Shown here one piece after another: positions 25,440-36,966 of a stretch of DNA of 64,000 nucleotides; within the stretch, counting starts at the first letter, position 1; every line of letters begins with the position of its first letter. Under the pieces are notes generated by a model that saw only the letters and a program-made list of their open reading frames with translations, was not told where the DNA came from and ran no database searches. The stretch covers positions 129,022,001 through 129,086,000 of the forward strand of contig NC_086100.1 of the NCBI RefSeq assembly GCF_963921235.1, read 5' to 3'. Both the position numbers and the translations under genes were made by a program. Origin of the DNA: Mobula hypostoma (lineage: Eukaryota).

Positions 25440-27420
25440 AGAGGAATTGTTTTGACATGTTCCTGTCAGAACGAAGGGCAAAAGTGACACAAACAGAGAC
25501 CCCTGGTTGACGAAGGATATCGATGCTCCAGTCAGGAAAAAGGACAATTAAGAGGCCCACATGCCAGCTGTTTATTTCCCTCCATAGATGCTGCCTGACA
25601 TGCTGAGTTCCTTCAGCATTTTGTGTGTGTTGCAGCTGGGGTCAAGCAAATCCCTAAAGGAGTACAGAGATGTAGGAGTGTAATGTAATTTTCCTTTAAA
25701 CCTATAAGGATGCAGACGTACACTGAATAGGGATATAGGAAGGGCAAAGAGAGCCTTGGCAGATAAGATAAAGGAAATTCATAACAGATTCTTTAACTAT
25801 AACAAAGCAGTAACCGAAAAGAGAGTAAGATCCCCTTAAATATCAGTGTTCATCTATGGTGGAGCCATGAGATATGGACAATGTCTTAAGTCAATAGTTC
25901 CTGTCTGTATTTACCATGGAGAAGGTCGAGCAAGCTAGGGATTTCAGGGAAGAGAGCCAGAATGTCCTGAAACATATTGCTACCATGAAGGAGAAGGTGT
26001 TAGCAGATTTAAAGGTGAATAAATCTCTGGGGCCCGACCAAGTGGACATTTTAGGAATACAGGAATTTGCTAAGGCCCTGGCAGAGGTAGATATATCAGC
26101 ATTGGGCTACAGCTGATTTTTTACCCAAAAAAAAGGCTGTAAGGACAACCCAATGAACTACAGGTGAAAAGCCAAACATCAGCAGTGGTAAAGTTACTGG
26201 AAGGAATTCCAACATACAGGACTAGCTGCGTGGGTAAAAGAGAGGACTGATTTGAAATAGGTAATATAGTTTGTGCATGGGACAGTGTGTCTCAATTTGA
26301 TTAAGTTTATTGAAAAGGAAACCAAGGGAATTGACAAAAGCAGGGCAGTAGAAGTTGTCTACGTGGACTTTCACAAGGCTTTCACAGAGGCCCTGTGTGG
26401 TAGGCTGGTCTGGCAGGTTAGATCACATGGAATCCAGGGTGAGCTAGCCAACTGGATACAGAATTTGCTTGTTGGTAGTAATCCAAAGACGGAAGTGGAA
26501 ATTGTTTTTTTTAGTTTGGAGACCAGTGAGCAGTGGTGTGCCGCAAAGATTGGCGCTGGGTTCCCTATTGCTGGCGGTTATATTATCAATTTGGATGACA
26601 GTGTTGTTGGAATAGTAAGCAAGTCTGTGGATGACACCAGAATTGGTGGCATGGTGAACAGTGAAGAAAGTTACCTAAAATCACAACAAAATCAAGATAA
26701 ACTGGGAAAATAGGCCAAGGACTGGCAGATGAAAGTGATGCATTTTGGGAAGTTTAACCAGAGTAGAACATACAGGCCAGAGGACTGGGTAGCGTAAGAG
26801 AATAAAGAGGCCGAGGGGGACAAATACATACCTCCCTGAAAGCGGTGACACAGATAAATGAGGTTGTGAAGGAGGCATTTGGGCATACTTACCTTCATCA
26901 GTCAGGACTTGGGATGTCACGTTAGAGCTGTAGAAAACTTTGAAACTGTACAGTGTGCAAATCTGGTACGTAGCTATAGACAAAATGTCATTACATTGAA
27001 GATTCACAGGGATATAACTGGGATTGGATCATGAGAAGAGAGTGGATAGGCTGGGGTTGTTTTCTCTGGCGTGTAGGAGGCCGAGGGTGACCTTTACAAG
27101 ATCACGAGGGGCAAAGATAAAATGAATGCTCCGAGCTCTTTTCCCAGGGTGAGGGGAGTCTAAAAGTAGAGGGAAAAGATTTAGTGTGAAATGACAAAGA
27201 TTTAAAGGAGGCCTGAGGATGACATTTTCCACACAGATGGCTGTGGGAATATTGAACAAGTTGCCAGAGGAAATGACAAAGGTGGGCACAATAACATTTG
27301 AAAGAAAGACAGGTACATGAATAGAAAAGGGTTAGAGGGATATGGGCAACTGAGGCTAGCTCAGGTAGGCAACATGTTTGGCCTGGACAAATTGGGGAGA
27401 AAAGAGCCTGCTTCAATGCA
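25440..27420 (+). mobile_element. Degraded CR1 LINE in JCHAIN intron 3
   Basis: ORFs 25916-26116 (LKVNKSLGPD) and 26273-26713 (AVEVVYVDFHKAF...GIQGELANWIQN); CR1 3' tail near 27330-27420. Confidence 0.88.
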
Positions 27421-27519
27421 GTAGAACTTTATAACTCCCTGAGAACACACTGTGATTTTCAGAAGACAGCATTTCAAGTGCAATGGAAATTACATCTCTA
27501 ATCAAATATTTTGTTACAG

Positions 27520-27775
27520 CTGCAAGAACTGCAACCAAGAACGAACCTTGCCTGGAGAACCCGAGTGCAAGCCCCCACCTCCTTCTGCAGATACCTGTTA
27601 CAGCCGTCCCAGCACATGCCTGCACCAAACAATCGACATGGGAAATGGCATAAAAATGGACGCTATTCAGAATCCTGAGTGTCTCAACTATAAACCAAAA
27701 CACTGGATCCCAAAGCCTACACTGACTCCTATTGAAACTACACGAGATTTTGATTCCATGTCAGATGCTCCTTAG
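27520..27775 (+). CDS. JCHAIN: Immunoglobulin J chain, exon 4 (terminal coding exon)
   Basis: ttgttacag|C TGC AAG AAC TGC, in phase with exon 3; CKNC...PECK...DTCYSRPSTCL...NPECLNY...SDAP*. The Cys pattern aligns with human CKKC/C/TCY/KCY/ACY. Confidence 0.92.
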
Positions 27776-28265
27776 GTTGTTCTTCAAAGAACTGCATTTA
27801 ATTCTTCAGAGAATGTCATTAGTACATTTTCTACTTTGACATTGTCACTTTTGCTTTTTGTCATCCCTAAACAGATCATAAAATGCTTCATAGCTTCAAA
27901 GCATGTTTTGTGCAAATCCTTTTCTTTACATTACAGCATCGTGTGCAATATGCCAATTTGCTTCTCTCTTTTGGGGACAAACAAAATTAAGCCAATGGAT
28001 AAATCTGGCAGACTACCACTTAATAAGTTTTGTACAAAAAGGAATTGCAGAAGTATATGAATATCTAGCACTGAATTCTGTGGTCAGCATGCAGCAATAA
28101 CAATAACTATTCTAGGAAATCAAAGGCAGATGATGTCTTTAGCAGTCTGACCACATTCAATAATTCTTGTAGGCAACAAAAAAGTGGTGCACTTTTTGAG
28201 AAATATTTCAAACTAAACACAGAGCAAAGCTACATTATTACATAAGCATAGTATAGGTGAAGTTT

Positions 28266-28271
28266 AATAAA
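28266..28271 (+). terminator. Candidate JCHAIN polyadenylation signal
   Basis: First AATAAA after the stop codon (about 490 bp downstream); a second lies at 28467-28472. Confidence 0.45.
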
Positions 28272-28944
28272 CATTTTTAAAATATTTCTTTCATTATTCT
28301 GGATTGCTAATATTTTCAAATACTTCACTGACAAAATCAAAATCCACAAACATAAAATTAATTCTTCATGATTAAAGAATTACTTTAGTAATAATGAAGT
28401 TTAATATCTCATTAAAGATTGGTTATAAACTTTAGTAAAAACATTTTTGCGGTATTTTGCAGTGAGAATAAAACATAAATCTTTGGTTATGAATCAATTG
28501 GTATGATCTACATTCAGATGGAGCAGAATTGAACAGTGAAGGAAGTGAAAGAGGATGTAATAATGTACAGCAACTCTCCTTTGCTCATGTCGCATTATAC
28601 AAATGCAGGAGTGCTGAAAATACCCCCAAACTCATTTCATATAAAGCAAAATCTGTCATCCTCATTGTAATAATAATGCCCTGGTTGTGAGTGGAACAGT
28701 GGAAAGAGCCTAGCCAGGAATGGTGAATGGCGAAGAAAGAGACAGGCTGAGGGAAGAGGGAGGAAGAGAAATATATATATATATTGGGCATGGAGAGGTT
28801 TGTGGAGGGGAATAAGGGTGTTGGTGGATGGGAACTCATTGGATCATTATTGCAAAATGAAGCTGAGGGCTTGAAGACCTTCCAAGTGGGGAATATAGCT
28901 GGTTAAAGACTGGGCAGCCATAGTGAAGTGGGAGTGGGAGCTGA

Positions 28945-31900
28945 TGCCACTGCTCTGCCACTAGGAGATGTGCCGGGGCTAAGGGAGTGAAACATCAGTG
29001 AGTGGTGATCCCTGGCTGATGACCTTGCAGTTGACCTAAGGGCACTGTTGGGGGTGCAGTAGGCAGCAATGCCAAGCAGGAAACATCTTCCTGTAAACAT
29101 CAATGAAACTTCTGGGTATCCAGTGACTACTGTGAAAGGGCAGTTGGAGACCAGGGAAGAGCGGAAGGCATCCAGGAAAGACTGGATGACTGCAGGAAGG
29201 TCTGCACTGAGGGTGGGTGGCTACTCACCCAACCCACTAGTTTCTTGTAGCGGAGACACCTATCAATGACTACAAAGACAAACAAGAGAAGACAACCTGA
29301 AGGACATCCAAGAGGGATGAAAAATGGCCCAAAAGGATGGATTACATGGGAGTGACCAGAACTAATACAGAAGACGAGATAAAGATCCTTCAGAAATCTC
29401 TCTTTGACATTTTAGATGTGTCCTCCACCCCGAAGACCGGCACAACATAGTCATTCAAAGCCTCTGCCTTTTCCTCATTACCCAATATCAATTCCCCTTT
29501 CTCGTCCACCAAGGGACCTACATTCACTTTAGCCACCCTTTTCTGCTTTATATAATTATAAAAACTTTTACTATCAGTTTTTATATTTTGTGCTAGTCTA
29601 TTTTCACAATCTATCTTCCCCATCTTTATTACTCACTTTGTGGTTCTTTGTTGCTTTTTGAAGTCTTCCCAATCTTCCAGTTTCCCACTAGTCTTGGTGA
29701 CTTTGTATGCAGGGTTGATGCCTTCTTTTATTTCCTTAGCTCTCCCCACCTTTACTGTCTTTGCTTTTAACTGGAATATACTTTTGTTGAGCACCGTGAA
29801 AAATCTCTTTGAAAGTCTTCCACTGTTCCTCAGCCGTCCCACCATGTAGCCTGTGTTCCCAGTCTACACTAGCCAAATCCTCCCTCATCCATTGTAGTCT
29901 CCATTGCTTAGGCATAATACACTGGTTTTAGATCAAACTATTGCACCCTCAATTTGCATGAGAAACTCAGCCATACTGTGATCACTCTTTCCAAGAGGAT
30001 CCCTAACTACAAGATCATTAATTTTACCTGTCTCGTTGCACAGGACCAGATCTTAAATAGCACATTCCCTTGTAGGTTCAGTAACACGCTGTTCAAGAAA
30101 GCCATCATGGATGCATTCTATGAAGTCCTCCTCAAGACTGCCTCGACCAACTTGATTATCCCAATCTATGTGCACGTTACCGTCCCCCATGATAAATGCT
30201 GTTGCATTCTTAAATGCGTCAGATATTTCTGTTTACTGCTTGTGCCACTGTAATGCTACTATTCAGTGACAGATAGACAACACTCACCAATGATTTTTTT
30301 CCCTTTACTATTACTAATCGCTACCCAGATTATTCAACATTCTGCTCCTTAGATCTTATATCGTCTCTATCGCCCTGATCTCATCCTCAATTAAGAGTGC
30401 TACCCCACCTCCCTTACCTTCCTGCCTATCCTTCCATATTACCTGATATCCTTGGATATTTAACTCCCAGTTCTCTCCACAGAGTGATGGGAAAGAGTGA
30501 CAAAGAGCTGTGGTGGTGCTCATCCCCAAAGAGCAGAACTACAGTTCAGGACCATTGCACTGCTGAACGTCGAGGGGAAAATCTTCTCCTCTGTTGTGGC
30601 TAAGAGGATGACCATCTACCTCATGGGCAATGGATACATTGACACCCACTGCCAGAAAGCAGGCGTTCGAGACTTCCAGGGATGCATGGCGCATGCGTCG
30701 TTGATATAGGACCAGATCAAATGAGCCAAGAGTGAGGAAGGATGTTGTGTGGCTGGATCTTGCGAATGCCCATCGATCTGCGCCTCACCAGCTCATCAAC
30801 TTTGCAATGGAGTTCTTTTACATTCCCCACTGCATTACAGGCCTGGTTTCCATTTACTTCAGTGACCTCCCGATGGGTTTCTCTTTTTGAGACTTTACAA
30901 GGGGGTGGCAGCAGTTCGAAGTAGGCATAGCAATGGGGTGTTCCATCTCTCCTACCCTGTCTGTGGCAGTCTTCGAGATCATCCTTATTGGAGCAAGGCT
31001 GATGATTGGAGGATAAAGCTGCAGTCAGGACAGAGGCTCCTTCCACTGAGGAGCTACATGGATGATGTCACAAGCACTCTGCCGCCGGCTGCATGCACAA
31101 AAAGGCTGCCGAAGAGGCTGGATGTGCTAGTGACATGGGCAAGAGTGAAGATATAAGCTCTTCAAGTCGCAAAGCCTATCCCTCAGAAAAGGGGTCAGAA
31201 GCAACTACATCACCTTTGCTGTGGGGGGTGAGGGGGGGGTGGTGCAAGGAAATCCTATTGTTGGCCAGGCAGCCCATCCAAAGCCTTGGGAGGCAGTACA
31301 TCGCAGAACACTCTGACAAGAAAATGGGAAAAGCAGCACAGAAACAGCTTGCAGAGTGCCTGGCCAGAACTGACCAGAGCCATCTACTGGGAAAGTATGA
31401 AGTGTGATGCTACCAGTTCATACTGTACCAAAGAGTGATGCGGCCCCTGAAAATGTGTAAAATTCCCTCATCAACAGCCAGCAGAATGGATGAGATAGCC
31501 ATGTCATATATTCGGAAACGGCTGGGGCTGCCTCGTGTTTCTCGGACACTGGCCTCTTTGGGAAGAACATTTTGCAGCTGCCACTGAGATCCATCAGCCT
31601 GGGGTACAAGCAGGAGAAAACCCGACTGACCGGTGTGTTGAGGGAGTCCAGTGACCCACTGGTGAGGAGTGCCAATGCCTCAATCCATACTGGCCATAAG
31701 TGGAGAGCTCAAGCTGAAGTAGACCAGGCCATCAGCAGGCTACAGCACCAAGAGGTTGTCAGCAGAGTCCAGGCTGGACTTGGCTGTAAGAAGGCAACAC
31801 ATTTATGGTCCAAGGCCTCAAAGAAAGAGAGGAAAGCCATGGTGGTGGAGGAGCTGACAAGGACAGAGCAGGAGCACAACAGGGTGAAGGGCCGTGGCAC

Positions 31901-32880
31901 AAGGCCTGCAGGGAAGATGGACAACATGGGAGCCCACCATAAACAGCTGGTCTGACCTGTGGAAGTTCCCACATGCCAGACTCTGCTTCATCAGGATATT
32001 TTGCCCTGCCCCCTAAATCTTCTCCAGTAGTTTGGGGGTAAGGATAGCTGCCCCCCCCCCCCCCGGTGTGATACCACTAATGCCAACCTCTAACACATTC
32101 TGGCAGGATGCAAGACTGCTCTGTCTCAAGGGCTCTACAGATGGTGGCACAATCAGGTCCTAGAGAAGCTGACAGAGATCCTGGGGACCTGCAGGTGGGT
32201 GCGAGAAGCAGCCTTTCCCTAGAAGGACGACAACTCATCCCACTTGTTAAGGCTGGTAAGAGCACTGAATGCAGCCGCCCAAGAGCTCTTTCAAGCCTCC
32301 TCTCCACATCAAGGAGTGGAACATGAGGGCAGATCTCGACAGACAGCTACAGTTCCTCACGGAAATCACCACCCCATCTCTCCACCCAAAGTACTCTGGT
32401 CCATGGTTGCCAACAGAGTTCTCCTTATTGAGTTAACCATCCCATGGGAGGCTGCGCAAGAGCAGAAGAAGCTGAAGTACTCAGACATGGCAGCTGAGCG
32501 TAAGGAAGCAGGCTGGAGGACCACCATATACCCTGCGGAGGTTGGATGACTGGGCTTTGTCGGTGCATCGACAACAAGGTTGCTCCATGATATGGCAGTG
32601 ACTGGAGCGAGCCTCAGGAGGGCCACCAGGGATTTGCCTGAAGAGGCAGAAATGGGCAGCTTTTGGCCATGGCTAAGGAGGAAGGACAGAAACTGGGAGA
32701 CCGCCAAACCACACTGCAGCTGCAGGGGGTCGCTGCTCTGCGTCCGGGAGATGTGCCAGGGCTAAGCAAGTGAAACATCAAAGAGCCGTGGTCCCTGGTT
32801 GACAACCCTGCAGCTGGCCCAAGGGCACTGTTGGAGGTGCGGCAGGCGGCAATGCCAAGCAGGAAACATCTTGCTGTAAA
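28945..32880 (+). mobile_element. Hero-like (R2 superfamily, RLE-type) non-LTR retrotransposon, degraded and interrupted by CR1
   Basis: RT blocks QFRTIALLNVEGKIFSSVVAKRMT, VWLDLANA, LPLRSYMDDVT; CCHC-region HILAGCKTALSQGLYRWWHNQVL; RLE VLLIELTIPWE...KKLKYSDMAAE..EAGW.TTIYPAEVG. A probable N-terminus starts at ATG 29266 (MTTKTNKRRQPEGHPRG). Confidence 0.85.
29390..30480 (-). mobile_element. CR1 LINE fragment inserted in the Hero-like element
   Basis: ORFs 29390-29623 (NIKTDSKSFYNYIKQKRVAKVNVGPL) and 29633-29845 (KLEDWEDFKKQQRTTK); endonuclease end near 30250-30480. Confidence 0.9.
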
Positions 32881-33689
32881 TCTCATTAATCTGGTTGAAA
32901 CTGGATTGCTAAATATATGATTTAAATATGTTCTTCAAGACAGAATCGGGTTTAATATCACTGTCTTACATGACCTGAAATGTGCTGTTTTGTGGCAGCA
33001 GTACAGTCAAAGAAATAAAATTGCTATAAATTATGGAATAAATATAGTGCAAACAAAAAAGGGATAATGAGGTGTTGTTCACAGAAATCTGAAGGCAGAG
33101 GGGAGGACACTCATTCTCAGACCATTACTGTGTAGATTTTGGAGAGCTGGCATGTCTCCTGGCAACCTTCTGATTCATCCGTTTAATCAGCATAACGGTC
33201 AGTCCAACCGCGCGATCTTAGTTACAGAAAACCGTGAGTCACCATTTACAATCATTGCTTCAGCTAGATCACCAGCCACGCTGTTCCTTTCCCGCAGACG
33301 CACACACCTACCACTAGCCACTCTGCAGTACCAAATCAGTCCCCAGAATCCAAAGGCCCAATACCGTCCACAACACCATTTTTAAATGGATTAAATGTCT
33401 CTGATAACAGTTCAGATTTAAGTAAAAAAACCAAAAAACCCACTGACAATAATAAAAATGTCACTTAAAACATCTTAAAAAGTCTAGGAGTAAATTGCCA
33501 TCATTGCAATGAGGCAAAATGTAATAAACAGATCACTTATTGCACCCAGATTTTAACTCACAGTCAGAAATCCTATTGAGCTGAATGGGGTTGTCCAACT
33601 TAAGTGAGGCTTAGCTGCTGTAAACTGAAAGGGTGAGAGACAAATTGCACCTGACTCCCTGCTTGCATACCAGCTCCCAGTGGCAGAGT

Positions 33690-35722
33690 GAGATAGACAA
33701 TAGACAATAGGTGCAGGAGTAGGCCACTCAGCCCTTCGAGCCAGCACCGCCATTCACTGTGATCATGGCTGATCATCCACAATCAGTACCCTGTTCCTGC
33801 CTTCTCCCCATATCCCTTCACTCTGCTATCTTTATCTAACTCTTTCTTGAAAGAATCCAAAGAATTGGCCTCCACTGTCTTCTGAGGCAGAGCATTCCAC
33901 AGATCCACAGCCCGCTGTGTGAAAAAGTTTTTCCTCAACTCCATTCTAAATGGTCTACCCCTTATTCTTAAACTGTGGCCTCTGGTTCTGGACTCCCCCA
34001 ACATCGGGAATATGTTTCCTACCTCTAGCGTGTCCAATCCCTTAATGATCTTATATGTTTCAATCAGATCCCCTCTCATCCTTCTAAATTCCAGTGTATA
34101 AAAGCCCAATCGCTCCAATCTTTCAACATATGACATTCCTGCCATCCCTAGAATTAACCCAGTGAACCTACGCTGCACTCCCTCAGTAGCAAGAGGGAGA
34201 AGGATCTCTTTGCTCCTATACTCAGCTCCCCTTGTTATGAAGGCCAACATGCCATTAGCTTTCTTCACTGTACCTGTATGCTTACTTTCAGTGACTAATG
34301 AACAAGGACACCCAGATCTCGTTGTACTTCCCCCTTTCCTAACTTGACACCATCCAGATAGTAATCTGCCTTCTTGGTCTCGACACCAAAGTGGATAACC
34401 TCACACTTATCCACGTTAAACTACATCTGCTATGCATCTGCCCACTCACCCAACCTGTTCAAGTCACCCTGCATTCTCATAACATCCTCCTCACATTTCA
34501 CACTGTCACCCAGCTTTGTGTCATCTGCAAATTTGCTAATGCTACTTTTAATCCCTTCGTCTAAATCATTAATGTATATTGTAAATAGCTGTGGTCCCAG
34601 CACCGAGCCTTGCGGTACCCCACTAGTCACTGCCTGCCATTCTGAAAAGGACCCGTTAATCCCTACTCTTTGTTTCCTGTCTACCAACCAATTTTCTATC
34701 CATGTCTGTACCCTACCCCCCATACCATGTGCTCTAATTTTGCCCACTAACCTCCTATGTGGAACCTTATCAAAGGCTTTCTGAAAGTCCAGGTACACTA
34801 CATCCACTGGCTTTCTCATGTCCATTTTCATAGTTATATCCTCAAAAAAATTCCAGAAGATTAGTCAAGCATGATTTCCCCTTCGTAAATCCATGCTGAC
34901 TCGGACCTATCCTGCTACTGCTATCCAAATATGCCGCTATTTCATCTTTTATAATTGACTCCAGCATCTTCCATCTTCCACTGATGCCAGACTAACTGGT
35001 CTATAATTGCCTGTTTTCTCTCTCCCTCCTTTCTTAAAAAGTGGGATAACATTAGTTACCCTCCAATCCCCAGGAACTGATCCTGAATCTATAGAACATT
35101 GGAAAACGATTACCAATGCATCCACGATTTCTAGAGCCACCTCCTTAAGTACCCTGGGATGCAGACCATCAGGCCCTGGGGATTTATCAGCCTTCAGTCC
35201 CATCAGTTTACCCAACACCATTTTCTGCCTAATGTGAATTTCCTTCAGTTCCTCTGTTACTCTAGGTCCTCTATTATATCTGTGAGATTGTTTGTGTCTT
35301 CCCTAGTGAAGACAGATCCAAAGTACCTGTTCAGCTCGTCTGCTATTTCCTTGTTCCGCATAATAATTTCACCCGCTTCTGTCTTCAAGGACCCAACTTT
35401 GGTCTTAACTAATTTTTTCCTCTTCACATACCTAAAGAAGCTTTTACTATCCTCCTTTATATTCTTGGCTAGCTTACCTTCATACCTCATCTTTTCCCCC
35501 CGTATTGCCTTTTTAGTTATCTTCTGTTGCTCCTTAAAAGTCTCTCAATCCTCTGGCTTCCTGCTCATCCTTTCTATGTTATACTTCCTCCTTTTTATTT
35601 TTATACTGTCCATTGCTTCCCTTGTCAGCCACGGCCTCTCCTTACTCCCCTTAGAATCTTTCTTCCTCTTTGGACCGAACTGATCCTGCACCTTCCGCAT
35701 TATTCCCAGAAATACTTGCCAC
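33690..35722 (-). mobile_element. CR1 LINE, 5'-truncated, few disruptions
   Basis: ORFs 33783-34268, 34430-34831 (YINDLDEGIKSSISKFADDTKLG), 34949-35221 and 35257-35490; closely related to 43059-45172. Confidence 0.96.
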
Positions 35723-35789
35723 TGAAATGCATGCATGCAGATGATGCATGCGAGGGCTTCTCACCTCCAACTTGGGCATTGTGATGAAG

Positions 35790-36269
35790 GGGTGACGTCT
35801 GAGAAACTACAGGACTGAGAAAAATCCAATCTGATTGCCTTTTACAGGGAGAATGTTGAGGCTTTGGGGAGGGAGCAGAAGAGGTTTGCCAGGATGCTGC
35901 CTGGATTAGACAGCATGTGCTGTCATGAGAGGTTGGACAAACTTGAGTTGCTTTCTCTGGAGCGGTGGGCTGCGAGGAGGTCCGATAGAGGTTTACAAGA
36001 TTGAGAGGCTTACAGAGAAAAGAGAGTATCGTTTTCCCATTGTTGAAATGTCTAAAAACCAGAAGGTGAGAGGGGATCATTTCAAAGGAGGTGCAAGGGA
36101 GCGACACAGAGAATGGCCGGTGCCTGGAATGCACTGCCCGAGGTGGGGTGGTAGAGGCAGATACATTAGAGAAGCTTAAAAGACACTTTGATAGATACAT
36201 GAAGGTGAGGAAATGGACATTGTGTAGGCAGAGGGGATTGGTTTAGTTGACCATTTGATAACTAATTTA
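35790..36269 (+). mobile_element. CR1 3' fragment whose tail (resuming 36982-37030) is split by a PLE insertion
   Basis: gaggtttgccaggatgctgcctggattag...; the tail cacaacactgtgggccgaagggcctgttc resumes after the duplicated target site. Confidence 0.75.
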
Positions 36270-36966
36270 AAAACACGAACACAAGGAATTCTGCTGATGC
36301 TGGAAATTCAAGCAACACACACACAAAGTTGCTGGTGAACGCAGCAAGGCAGGCAGCATCTCTAGGAAGAGGTACCGTCAACGTTAATGGGATGTGAAAT
36401 TAAAATGTGTTTTAATTCCACATCCCATTCCCCATTCTGATATGTCTGTCCACGGCCTCCTCTACTGTAAAGATGAAGCAACACTCAGGTTGGAGGAACA
36501 ACACCTTATATTCCGTCTGGGTAGCCTCCAACCTGATGGCATGAACATCGACTTCTCTAACTTCCGCTAATGCCCCACCTCCCCCTCTTACCCCATCCGT
36601 TATTTATTTATATACACACATTCTTTCTCTCTCTCTCCTTTTTCTCCCTCTGTCCCTCTGACTATACCCCTTGCCCATCCTCTGGACTTTTTCCCCCCTT
36701 GCCCCTTTTCTTTCTCCCTGGGCCTCCTGTCCCACGATCCTCTCATGTCCCTTTTGCCTATCACCTGTCCAGCTCTTGGCTCCATCCCTCCCCCTCCTGT
36801 CTTCTCCTATCATTTTGGATCTCACCCTTCCCCTCCCACTTTCAAATCTCTTACTAGCTCTTCCTTCAGTTAGTCCTGACGAAGGATCTCGGCCTGAAAC
36901 GTCGACTGTACCTCTTCCAATAGATGCTGCCTGGCCTGCTGCATTCACCAGCAACTTTGATGTGTG
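36270..36966 (+). mobile_element. PLE insertion with inverted 5' copy of its terminus and a 15-bp target-site duplication
   Basis: ORF end HSDMSVHGLLYCKDEATLRLEEQHLIFRLGSLQPDGMNIDFSNFR* (stop near 36570); TTGATAACTAATTTA at both 36255-36269 and 36967-36981. Confidence 0.88.
36872..36907 (+). ncRNA. Minimal type I hammerhead ribozyme motif (intact core)
   Basis: AGTC-CTGACGA-AGGATCTCGGCCT-GAA-ACGT-C-GACT; it differs from 23790-23825 only in the loop of stem II. Confidence 0.8.

Noticed and set aside
28985-29095. GAAAC and CTGATGA motifs in the Hero 3' UTR as a hammerhead ribozyme
   Set aside because: I could not build canonical stems I-III in any topology, the second repeat copy has TTGACAA at the core position, and the downstream GAAAC sits in a simple CAGGAA/TTCCTG hairpin.
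32049-32064. Poly-C run inside the Hero-like element as a functional G-quadruplex
   Set aside because: It is a simple homopolymer expansion at a frameshift in a dead ORF.
33298-33385. Strong acceptor (ttcctttcccgcag) followed by a short frame compatible with JCHAIN exon 3, as an alternative last exon
   Set aside because: The peptide has no Cys or J-chain similarity, it lies downstream of the normal poly(A) candidates, and being in phase and open is easily chance. It needs RNA evidence.
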